Positions 38,762-47,221 of a DNA stretch of 64,000 nucleotides are shown here, in pieces. Positions within the stretch are counted from its first letter, which is position 1; each line of letters opens with the position of its first letter. Position numbers and translations under genes: made by a program. The notes beneath the pieces are model-generated. The model saw only the letters and a list, made by a program, of their open reading frames with translations, did no database searches and was not told the origin of the DNA. The stretch comes from Candidatus Latescibacterota bacterium (GTDB lineage Bacteria; Latescibacterota; UBA2968). The stretch is from assembly GCA_965198115.1 (NCBI GenBank), contig OZ240241.1, forward strand, positions 6,848,001 to 6,912,000, read 5' to 3'.

Positions 38762-39729
38762 GTGGCTGACGCGGCTGCTATCGAACACGGACCGATCCGG
38801 ACGGTTCAACAGGACGAGAACCATAACGCTTTCACCGATCTATGCCGGTTCAAGGGACGGTACTTCCTCGCCTTTCGCAGCTGCCCCGAGGTCACTCTGT
38901 CGCAATCGCACGCGTGGTGATTGTCACGAGTGAAGATGGCGAGCAGTGGACGGAAGCGTTCAGTTTCGCCGTTCCGAATCGTGACCCGCGCGACCCCCAC
39001 TTCTTAGAGTTCAAAGGCAGATTGTTCGTCTTTTCGGGTACGTGGCTCGTTCCTGAGAACGGGCTTCTCAATCTGAACGAGCATCTGGGTTATGCTGTGT
39101 GGTCGAAGGACGGCGAGGTCTGGGAAGGGCCTGCCCCCATGGAAGGGACCTACGGGCACTACGTCTGGCGCGCTGCCGCGTACGAAGACCGAGCATTTCT
39201 ATGCGGACGGCGCCGGCGCGCTTTCCAGTCAGGCATCGAGAGCGAACAGACCCCTGCTTCGATCGAGGGTGCCATGCTCGTAAGCGAAGACGGCATCATC
39301 TGGCGATTCAGAACGTTCTTCGACGAATCGTATGGCGATGAGACCGCTTTCCTGTTCGAGGAGGATGGGTCGATACTCGCGATCGCAAGAGACGGTGCGG
39401 GCGAACGTGCTCGCGTCTGTCGCTCGGATTCACCGTGGCATACGTGGACACGGACCCCGCTGGATCGCAACGTGGGTGGTCCGATGATCGCGGCCTGGGG
39501 AGATCGTCATCTGGTTGGCGGCCGCAAGTATGGCGAAAATCGCGTTGAGTCGATGATGCTCTACTGGCTCATTGACGACCAGCTGCAGGAAGTGGTCGAA
39601 CTGCCTAGCGGTGGTGATTGCTCGTATCCGGGATTCGTCGCCAGAGACGACAAGCAGGGCCTTTTGTCGTACTACTCGAGCCACGAGGGGTCGTCGTCGA
39701 TCTATGTGACGGATTTAGTGCTGAAGTAG
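38762..39729 (+). CDS. Sialidase-like (BNR) beta-propeller protein, frameshifted at about 38888
   Basis: GTG 38762 gives HNAFTDL.RFKGRYFLAFR; second frame SEDGEQW, RDPRDP, LPSGGDCSYPG, SYYSSHEG. Confidence 0.7.
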
Positions 39730-39827
39730 GTGCGATTCTTCGATTGCATCCCAACCGATCCGAGGTGATGTGACGCGTCCCGATTGTTCGACGTAAGGGC
39801 TCGGATCCTGCACTTCATTCCGAGAAT

Positions 39828-39875
39828 CCCGGGCTCTTCGAGCCCCGGGCTGAGAGACGGGCCTCTTCAGGGCCG
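39828..39875. repeat. Pair of REP-like hairpins
   Basis: cccgggctc-ttc-gagccccggg and cgggcctcttcagggccg. Confidence 0.5.
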
Positions 39876-39926
39876 GGAGGCAAGACAGCTCGATTACTTT
39901 TCATTTCCGTGAGCTATGGAGAAGAG

Positions 39927-40766
39927 ATGATCATCGATACGCATACGCATTTCTATGATCCGACGCGGCCGCAGGGCGTGCCGTGGCCGACGGAGGACAA
40001 CGAGCTCCTGTATCGCACTGTCCTGCCTGAACACCATCGTGATGTGTCACAGAAGGAGGGCGTCACAGGAACGGTCGTTGTCGAAGCAAGCGCGTGGTTG
40101 GAGGACAATCAATGGATCCTGGACCTGGCTGCCGACGATCCGTGGATCGTGGGATTGGTCGGCCACGTTGACCCCAACCGAGAAGATTTCGCGAGCGATA
40201 TCCAACGGCTGGCGGAGAATCCGCTGTTCAGGGGGATCAGGCTCGGCGGAGGATGGTTCGAGGATATCGACGCAGGCAGCCTGATGGCCGACATCGAGAC
40301 GTTGGCAGAGAAGGGGCTCGAACTCGATGTGTTGATGAATGTGGAGCGTTGGGACAACCTGTGTGAGGTCGCGAAGCGGCTGCCCGAACTGACAATCGTG
40401 ATCAATCACATCGCACTCGTACCGGTGGATGGGAATGCGCCTGATTCGAACTGGACCGAGTGCATGCACCGGGCGGCAGAGTATCCCAAGGTCTTTATGA
40501 AGGGTTCTGGTGTCGTGGAGACAACACCAACGCTGCCAGCGCCTGCCGATCCAGCATACTATGCGCCGACCTTGGATGTGCTTTGGGATGCGTTTGGCGA
40601 GGATCGAATCGTCTACGGCAGCAACTGGCCTGTTTCAGATGGATATGCGGATTACGCGACGATGATCAATGTCGTGCGGATGTATTTCGAGGCGAAGGGC
40701 GAGGCGGCGGCGGAGAAGTACTGGTGGAAGAACGCGAAGGCGGCTTACGAGTACATTGAACGTTGA
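39927..40766 (+). CDS. Amidohydrolase_2 family protein (L-fuconolactonase-like)
   Basis: IIDTHTHFYD, VVVEA, FRGIR, INH, YGSNWPV. Confidence 0.9.
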   Translation: MIIDTHTHFYDPTRPQGVPWPTEDNELLYRTVLPEHHRDVSQKEGVTGTVVVEASAWLEDNQWILDLAADDPWIVGLVGHVDPNREDFASDIQRLAENPLFRGIRLGGGWFEDIDAGSLMADIETLAEKGLELDVLMNVERWDNLCEVAKRLPELTIVINHIALVPVDGNAPDSNWTECMHRAAEYPKVFMKGSGVVETTPTLPAPADPAYYAPTLDVLWDAFGEDRIVYGSNWPVSDGYADYATMINVVRMYFEAKGEAAAEKYWWKNAKAAYEYIER

Positions 40767-40812
40767 AATAGAATATTGAATATGTGGGTTGTGTGGCGAT
40801 GAGCTGAGAACG

Positions 40813-41813
40813 TCACTCAATCAGTCTTGCGCCTTCGACCAGAACGCGGAGCTTTTCCCGTGCGGTTTCGATCGGGAGCCAGACGAGGCCGCAGTCGGAG
40901 GCTGCCCAGACGCGATCCTTCCCCAGCACATTCGCAGCACCCCGCAGCTTTGCACAGACCTCCGCAGGGTCTTCCACGACCGTGCACGCTTGTCGACGGC
41001 ACCGAAGACGATCTGTTTATCCTCTGGTAGTGCATTGAAAACCTCCGGCTGCAGGCCGCTGCACGTGCATTCGAAAGCGACCTGTCTGGCTCTGCTTCGG
41101 CCGATGTCGGGCAGGATGGACGCAAGCGTGTCGATGGTCTTCCGGTCTCGGATTGTCGACGTGTCGTTAGCCGGGCGATAGCCGAAACAGAAGTGAATAC
41201 ACGTCGTGGCTTCGATACCCTCGAATGCCCGGTCGAGGGCGGCTCTGCCCCAATCTTTGAAGGCGTCCGGTCTCACAATGGCGCCCGGCTCATCAAGTTG
41301 GATGACGTCGCAGCCCTCCTTTTGCAGGTCCAGGATCTCCTCGTGCAACGCATCGGCGAGTGCCATTGCCAGATCGGCATCTTTCCGATAGTGCTCATTC
41401 TCGAGAGGCAGCATCGCGGTCATCGGGCCGGGTAATGTCATCTTTACACGCCGGTTCGTGTGCGCTTTGAGAAAGCGCAGATCCTCTAGCGCGTGCGGGT
41501 GCTTGCGGCTGATATTTCCGACAACGATCGGCGAAGCCTTGTCGATGGTGTTCTCGCCGACGTCGGCCATGTTCGATTGCTTTGCATCAATACCGTCGAG
41601 CGAAGCGATAAATCTGCTTATGTAGTGCATCCGGCGCTGCTCACCGTCTGTGATGACGTCGATGCCGATGTTTTCCTGGTCGAGGATCGAGATGCGTGCG
41701 GCATCGTCCTTTCCTTCCCGCAAAGCCTCCCCGGCGACTCGCCAGAGGCGGATGTTATCGTCCTGGACCAACCACTTGGGTTTGGGCATACTGCCGATGA
41801 CGGTGGTAGTCAT
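40813..41813 (-). CDS. Single-domain cobalamin-independent methionine synthase-like protein, frameshifted at about 40986
   Basis: TTVIGSMPKP, TDGEQRR, KMTLPGPMT, IQLDEP, HFCFG; the DCG Zn ligand is in the shifted frame. Confidence 0.85.
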
Positions 41814-41846
41814 TGAAAATTGAACATTGAAGATTGAGAATTGAAA
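41812..41846. repeat. Heptamer array 5x ATTGA(A/G)N
   Basis: attgaaa attgaac attgaag attgaga attgaaa; degenerate related array at 40755-40782. Confidence 0.88.
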
Positions 41847-41969
41847 CCCCTTCCGTCGGTGGTTGGGCGACTCGGATACTGGAAGGGGAAGCATCGGGAT
41901 CTAATTAAAAGAACCCGATGCCAATGTAAGGATAGAAACGGATCGCAAACAAAGGTCGCGTGAGGATGT

Positions 41970-42836
41970 ATGGAACTCTGGTTTCTAGGTACCGGAGCGG
42001 GTGATTTCGAGGCCTGTCAGGATCCTTCCAACGTCGAGGAGAATGTCGTCAAGGCGCGAAAGCTTGGAGGGCGAAATCTGCGAGACGCATCGCAGGCCCT
42101 TCTGACGCCTGACATTCTGATCGATTTCTATTCGGACAGGCAACTCGTACAGCAGGACGTCGAGACGAACGCGGTCGAGCATCTGCTCATTTCGCACTGC
42201 CATGGGGATCACTTCCAACCCTCTCGCATCGTTGCGTTCGCTGAGGGTCTGCCCGAGCGGCTTAACGTCTACGGAAACGAGACGGCCGAAGCCGGGCTGG
42301 AGTTCTTATCCAGCTACGTTTGGGATGAGGAATCCAGTCGATTCAAACACCGTACGGACGACACAAACACTCTGTTTCACGCGATACGACCGGGACAGAC
42401 GCTGACGATGGGTGATGCACGGGTGACAGCGGTTCTGGCAAATCACCACGTCGATTCCAAACGACGGGTGATCGAGGAACGGGCCCTCAACTACGTGATC
42501 GAAAGGGACGGCAAGACGCTCTTCTACGGACTGGATACATCCTACATCTTGCCGGAGACGCTCGAGCTTCTGACTGGATATCGCTTCGATGCAGTTGTTC
42601 TCGATGCGACGTTCGGTCATCTGGAGATCGACCCGGGTGCGTCGGGACATCACAATTTTGTCATGCTTCAGGAGACCATCGCCGATTTCCGATCGCACGG
42701 AATCGTAACAGATGAGACAGTGGTCTTCGGATCACATATCAGCCTCGGGCACGTTCAGCCCCACGATGAGGTCGTGGATGAGGCTGCTGACATGGGAATC
42801 ACGCTCGCCTATGATGGATTGCGTGTGAACGTATAA
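41970..42836 (+). CDS. Metallo-beta-lactamase fold hydrolase (PhnP-like)
   Basis: FLGTGA, SHCHGDH, ANH, LDT, LDAT, SHIS, AYDG. Confidence 0.85.
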   Translation: MELWFLGTGAGDFEACQDPSNVEENVVKARKLGGRNLRDASQALLTPDILIDFYSDRQLVQQDVETNAVEHLLISHCHGDHFQPSRIVAFAEGLPERLNVYGNETAEAGLEFLSSYVWDEESSRFKHRTDDTNTLFHAIRPGQTLTMGDARVTAVLANHHVDSKRRVIEERALNYVIERDGKTLFYGLDTSYILPETLELLTGYRFDAVVLDATFGHLEIDPGASGHHNFVMLQETIADFRSHGIVTDETVVFGSHISLGHVQPHDEVVDEAADMGITLAYDGLRVNV

Positions 42837-42859
42837 GCCGTGTATCAAGGAGATGAAGT

Positions 42860-44305
42860 ATGGGAGATGTTCATTCGTTCGGAACGCAGAATCAGCTCCT
42901 TTTGGATGACGCGCTGGTGGAGGACAAGCTGGGATTTTTTCTCACGCTGAATCCTGCCGAGAAGGCCGAATTTCCGGCGCTCGTTCCCGAGAAGTCCTGG
43001 GAATCGAAGGGTGTCTCCCCCGGGAGTGTTGTCGAGGGGGAGGACGGGACGCACGTGATGTACTACGGGGCGACAGACGAGGACGGCCGATCGCTCTGCT
43101 ATGCCACATCCACGGACGGCGTTAACTGGGAGCAGCCGAGTCTCGGTATCGTCGAACACGGGGGGAGCAAAGACAACAACCTGTTGCTCAAGGGGATGTC
43201 GGGCAGTGTGTTCCGGGATCCAAACGCCCAGCCAGAGGCGCGATACAAGATGATCGGGGAAGACCGGACGCCCTGGGGTGTGACGAGCGTGAATTGTGGT
43301 GGGGCCCGGTTTCGGTACTTCAAAGATGATCTCGTCACGTGGGCATACTCGGCGGTGGTCGGGGCTTATTCGGCGGACGGGATTCATTGGACGAAATATC
43401 CCGAACCGATCATGCCCTGGTACACCGACACGCTCAACGTCGCCTTCTGGGACGATCGGATACACCGGTACGTTGCTTTCGTTCGCTGGAACGAACACCT
43501 GCTAATCGATGAAACGGGTAACCAGGTGGGCTCCTTCGACTATCGGACGATTGCCCGCGCGGAGTCGGAGGACTATGAGCGCTTCCCCGAGCCAGTGAAG
43601 GTGGAGGAACCGGATTTCACATTGAGTGAAGACGAAGATCAAGCCGGTGGGGGACTCTACAACACAGGCGCAATCAAATATGCCGACGCTGATGACTGCT
43701 ATTTCATCTTTCCTTCTGCCTATCACCACACGAGTGACACGCTGGACATACAACTGGCAACCAGCCGAGACGGAATCCAATTCGATCGATGGCTCGAGCC
43801 CTTTGTCAGGCTCGGTATTTCCGGGCAGTTCGATTCGAAGGGGATGTACATGCTGCCGGGTCTGATTCGGTCGGGTGATGAGATGTATCTGTATTACGGA
43901 GGTACCGATGCGCGTCACGATATCGACGTGGATGTGAAGCGTGTTGCGAAGCAGAAGACAGCGATTGGGCGCCTGCGTCTACGGAGAGACGGTTTCGTGT
44001 CGCAGGATGCCGGAAGCGACGAGGGTTGGCTGACGACGGTGCCGTTCGTGCTGGAAGGCGATCGACTGACGGCCAACGTGGACGCAAGCTCGCGCGGCTG
44101 GTTGAAGGTGGAGATTCTGGACGAAACTGGACACGGACTGTGGGGATACGAGAAGTCGGCGGCCGATCGGCTGATGTTCAATGATCTGGCACAAACGGTC
44201 ACGTGGAACGGAAGCGCGGATCTTTCGGAATTGCGTGGACGGACGGTGCGGCTGCGGTTCGTTGGGCAATGGGTGAAGGTGTACTCGTTCCGGTTTTATG
44301 CGTGA
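42860..44305 (+). CDS. Five-bladed beta-propeller glycoside-hydrolase-like protein
   Basis: QLLLDD, YATSTDGVNW, SADGIHW, SRDGIQF, LRRDGFVS; paralogue of 26869-28320. Confidence 0.78.
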   Translation: MGDVHSFGTQNQLLLDDALVEDKLGFFLTLNPAEKAEFPALVPEKSWESKGVSPGSVVEGEDGTHVMYYGATDEDGRSLCYATSTDGVNWEQPSLGIVEHGGSKDNNLLLKGMSGSVFRDPNAQPEARYKMIGEDRTPWGVTSVNCGGARFRYFKDDLVTWAYSAVVGAYSADGIHWTKYPEPIMPWYTDTLNVAFWDDRIHRYVAFVRWNEHLLIDETGNQVGSFDYRTIARAESEDYERFPEPVKVEEPDFTLSEDEDQAGGGLYNTGAIKYADADDCYFIFPSAYHHTSDTLDIQLATSRDGIQFDRWLEPFVRLGISGQFDSKGMYMLPGLIRSGDEMYLYYGGTDARHDIDVDVKRVAKQKTAIGRLRLRRDGFVSQDAGSDEGWLTTVPFVLEGDRLTANVDASSRGWLKVEILDETGHGLWGYEKSAADRLMFNDLAQTVTWNGSADLSELRGRTVRLRFVGQWVKVYSFRFYA

Positions 44306-44307
44306 GG

Positions 44308-44337
44308 ACCGACACTTCGACTGCGCTCAGTGACGGT
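44308..44337. repeat. REP-like hairpin, family A
   Basis: accgacact-tcgactgcgctc-agtgacggt directly after a stop codon. Confidence 0.7.
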
Positions 44338-44360
44338 GTCTGTGCCCTGATCAATCCTGC

Positions 44361-44474
44361 CTAGAAGCGGGAGCGTTTGCCTTCCATGTCGGAGTGGACG
44401 TCGATGAGGACGGTCTTGCCGTCGGCGTTCAGCCTTTGTGCTTCTTCCAGCGCCGGGCGAGCTATAATCAAAAG
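44361..44474 (-). pseudogene. 3' remnant of a gene (thiamine-diphosphate enzyme-like C-terminus) truncated by ISL3
   Basis: RPALEEAQRLNADGKTVLIDVHSDMEGKRSRF* with no 5' part. Confidence 0.5.
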
Positions 44475-45894
44475 GGCTATATCCGGATCTCTCAACGAGA
44501 TGAAGTGGGTGAAGGTGCCGTGGTTCCTGGCATGGGGGCGCGGTTAGAGTGTGCGGAATCTCTTCGGAATCTGCTCAGGGATGTTTATGTCTCCGACGGT
44601 AAGGAAGATCATATCGTTGAATGCGTCGAGTGTGCGGAATCCGCTGGCTCGGTTCTTGACGATTTGGACGATTCGGTTGAGGCCTTCGGCGATGGCGTTG
44701 GTAAGACGCGTGTTCACGAATGCGAGGACGCCGAAGAAGTGCTGTCGCAGGGTCCTGACGAACTTTCGCAGGGGTTCACGTCGACTTCTGAGTGCGGACG
44801 TCGTCCAGCATTTCAGGAAGCGTTCGGCAGCCCAGGGCGCTTTGTATTCCCAGAACTGCTCGAACTCGTCCTTGAGTCTCCAGGCTCTATAGATTCGGTA
44901 GTTCGCCTTCTCCAGTGCTTTGAGTGTCCGAGTATCCCCTCTGGAGCGTGTCGCTGAGTGCCGGTAGAGGAGCCATCGGAGGCCCTTCATGGCTTTGCGC
45001 TCATCCGGGGCAGCTTCACGCCACTGGTCCTTACGGACCTCGTCAACGGCGGCATTGAGAGCCTTGACGATGTGAAAGCGATCGAGGACCAGCTTGGCAT
45101 TCGGACAGTGTTCCTGGATGGCTCCGATGTAAGCTTCGCTCATGTCGCAGCAGGCCCACTCGATCTTGGATCTCTGGTAGGGACTGAGAGCCTCTGTGAA
45201 GAACCGATCGATCGTTTTACGCGCCCTGCCGCGGCCAACCCACACCACGCAGGAGCGGTCCAGATCGTAAACGAGCGTGGCGTACCTGTGACGCTTGGCG
45301 TAGGAGATCTCGTCGATCCCGATGGTTTTGAGCCCTCGGATACGATGACCTTCACGAAGCCGCGTGATGGATCGGTGAAGGAGATCCGACAGCGTCGAGG
45401 CAGAGATGCGCAGTAACTCGGACGCCGCCTTCTGCGTCATGGTCTGGCAATAGCGCAGCATGGCATACTCGAAGCGATACGTCACCTGAGAGAACCGCTC
45501 CGCCCACGGAATCTCCTCGACCACACGACCGTGGGTAGGACACCGAATCTCCCGAGGATGGTAGAGAAGCCAGACCCTCCACCCGCACACCGGAATGTCA
45601 CGCCACCGACGCGGATGGGGCATTGTGCGGACGATTTTACCTCGACGGCCGCACTCCGGACAACAACAACCATTCTTATGTGGCTTTACGGCGATGACGA
45701 AACAGCTTCTCCCCTCAAACCACCAGCTGACAACACGGAACCCCTTGAATCTCAGCAGTTTCGATAGTAATCTGCTCCCGGTCATAGGTCGCACCCCCTT
45801 CGCTTTGATTGTCCTACACACACAACCAAGCGTAGGGAACGATCTATGACCTTGTCATTCTATAGTTTCACCGTTGAGAAACCCGGATAGAGCC
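44475..45894 (-). mobile_element. ISL3-family insertion sequence, copy 2 (1420 bp, inverted relative to copy 1)
   Basis: Same terminal IRs as copy 1; flanks ATCAAAAG and TCTTTTAT do not form a TSD. Confidence 0.95.
44544..45785 (-). CDS. ISL3 family transposase
   Basis: Differs from copy 1 at four residues (R/Q, M/T, R/Q, K/E). Confidence 0.95.
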   Translation of the reverse strand: MTGSRLLSKLLRFKGFRVVSWWFEGRSCFVIAVKPHKNGCCCPECGRRGKIVRTMPHPRRWRDIPVCGWRVWLLYHPREIRCPTHGRVVEEIPWAERFSQVTYRFEYAMLRYCQTMTQKAASELLRISASTLSDLLHRSITRLREGHRIRGLKTIGIDEISYAKRHRYATLVYDLDRSCVVWVGRGRARKTIDRFFTEALSPYQRSKIEWACCDMSEAYIGAIQEHCPNAKLVLDRFHIVKALNAAVDEVRKDQWREAAPDERKAMKGLRWLLYRHSATRSRGDTRTLKALEKANYRIYRAWRLKDEFEQFWEYKAPWAAERFLKCWTTSALRSRREPLRKFVRTLRQHFFGVLAFVNTRLTNAIAEGLNRIVQIVKNRASGFRTLDAFNDMIFLTVGDINIPEQIPKRFRTL

Positions 45895-45945
45895 TCTTTT
45901 ATGTATGAGGAAGGCCCTGCTGTAGAGTCGTAATGGTGAACATAC

Positions 45946-46330
45946 TCAAGTTCTATTTCCCCGTTTTCGAACCAGTCTGTATTTGCTCCCCTTCGCTCTG
46001 AGCGTTTGTATTTCTCGGTCACGTTCCTTTGTTTCGGCCCTTGCTACATCTCGCTGCTTTTCAATGCTGTCGATGTTCCGTAGCTGTTGTTCGTGAATAA
46101 TGAACGGAGCACGAACGAGGGTTGACCAAGTACACACCCAAGAGAACAAAGATAGGCGAAAAGGCAATCCAAGTTTCCACGTCTGCGGCCTCTATACCTT
46201 GCCTGTAATAGACGACGAACACGGCCGGGATTCCAGCAACGAAATAACTCCAAAGCTGGCCCGCCCATCTTGAACGCTCGGCAGCAATGCGGCGAATGTC
46301 ACGTAGGTGTGAACGGTAAACCCGGGGCAT
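45946..46330 (-). CDS. Hypothetical small membrane protein with coiled-coil tail (probably frameshifted)
   Basis: Two hydrophobic segments in frame 46061-46330; charged helical tail in frame 45946-46167. Confidence 0.35.
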
Positions 46331-46390
46331 ATCCCCAATCTACCATGGGGCTTACCCTTCGTCAAGGGTATAATCCCGAAATGTTCTATG

Positions 46391-47221
46391 TCAATGGGTC
46401 ATCGCATACACGACGATGTTGATGCCCATCGGGTAGGCTTTCTTGGCCGAGAAGTCGCGAAAGTAGCCGTAGTTCACACCCTCACGTTCCCAGCCGTCGC
46501 CGAGGTCGGAGTTGTGCATTGCGACGACCATCAGACGGCCGTTTCGGTCGAAAATGCCGCGACAACGCGCCGCGTGGCCATACCGCTCATACCGATACCA
46601 TCCACCTTCGAACGTCTCTCCACTCACTTCGTAGTCCCAGTACTGGTTAACGCCGGGGACCTGAGGCACCTCGTCGAGGTCGAAGACGATGTGGAACAGG
46701 TCGTGGTCGAGAGGGACGTCGATGAAGGGATATTCCTCCCGGGGCAGGACCTGCGCCATCTCGAATTCGAGGTTGTCCCACGCGTTGTCCCCCCAGAAGT
46801 CGTCGACGAGAAGGAACCCGCCCCTGAGAAGGTAGTCGCGCAGCCCTTCCTGCTCCGGAGGGGTGAGGGACATTCCACGGATTTCGAGCATGTAAATGAA
46901 GGGGTATTTGAAAAGGTCGGGTTCATCGAGACGGACAACGATGTGACGAAAGTCGCCTCCATCGGTTCGGGCAACGTTGAGTGTGGTGAGCTGTGAGAGT
47001 CGCAGGGAGAAGTTCTCATCCGACTCGGGGTAGTCCGTCGACCAACTTCCGCCCCGCCCACCGTGGCTGTATTCGACGCGACAAAACGTGAAGGTGTTAC
47101 TCGGAAAGATCTTTCGCTCCATCGGTTCGACCCATCGCCTCCATCGTTGGGCGGGTGAGTCAGACGCGCCGAGACAGACGACGACCAGGAGCGAAGCGAT
47201 TCGGAACGCGCCCACGTTCAC
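46391..47221 (-). CDS. DUF4159 domain protein (secreted)
   Basis: FTFCRVEY, WSTDYP, YPFIYM, LRDYLLRGGFLLVDDFWG, NSDLGDGWE, MGINIVVYAMTH. Confidence 0.85.
   Translation of the reverse strand: MNVGAFRIASLLVVVCLGASDSPAQRWRRWVEPMERKIFPSNTFTFCRVEYSHGGRGGSWSTDYPESDENFSLRLSQLTTLNVARTDGGDFRHIVVRLDEPDLFKYPFIYMLEIRGMSLTPPEQEGLRDYLLRGGFLLVDDFWGDNAWDNLEFEMAQVLPREEYPFIDVPLDHDLFHIVFDLDEVPQVPGVNQYWDYEVSGETFEGGWYRYERYGHAARCRGIFDRNGRLMVVAMHNSDLGDGWEREGVNYGYFRDFSAKKAYPMGINIVVYAMTH

Noticed and set aside
41847-41969. SAM or cobalamin riboswitch upstream of the MetE-like gene
   Set aside because: The gap is short and I could not recognise the conserved aptamer motifs.
32035-45894. Composite transposon formed by the two inverted ISL3 copies
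   Set aside because: Copy 1 has its own TSD and the outer flanks do not match, so the unit did not move as a whole.
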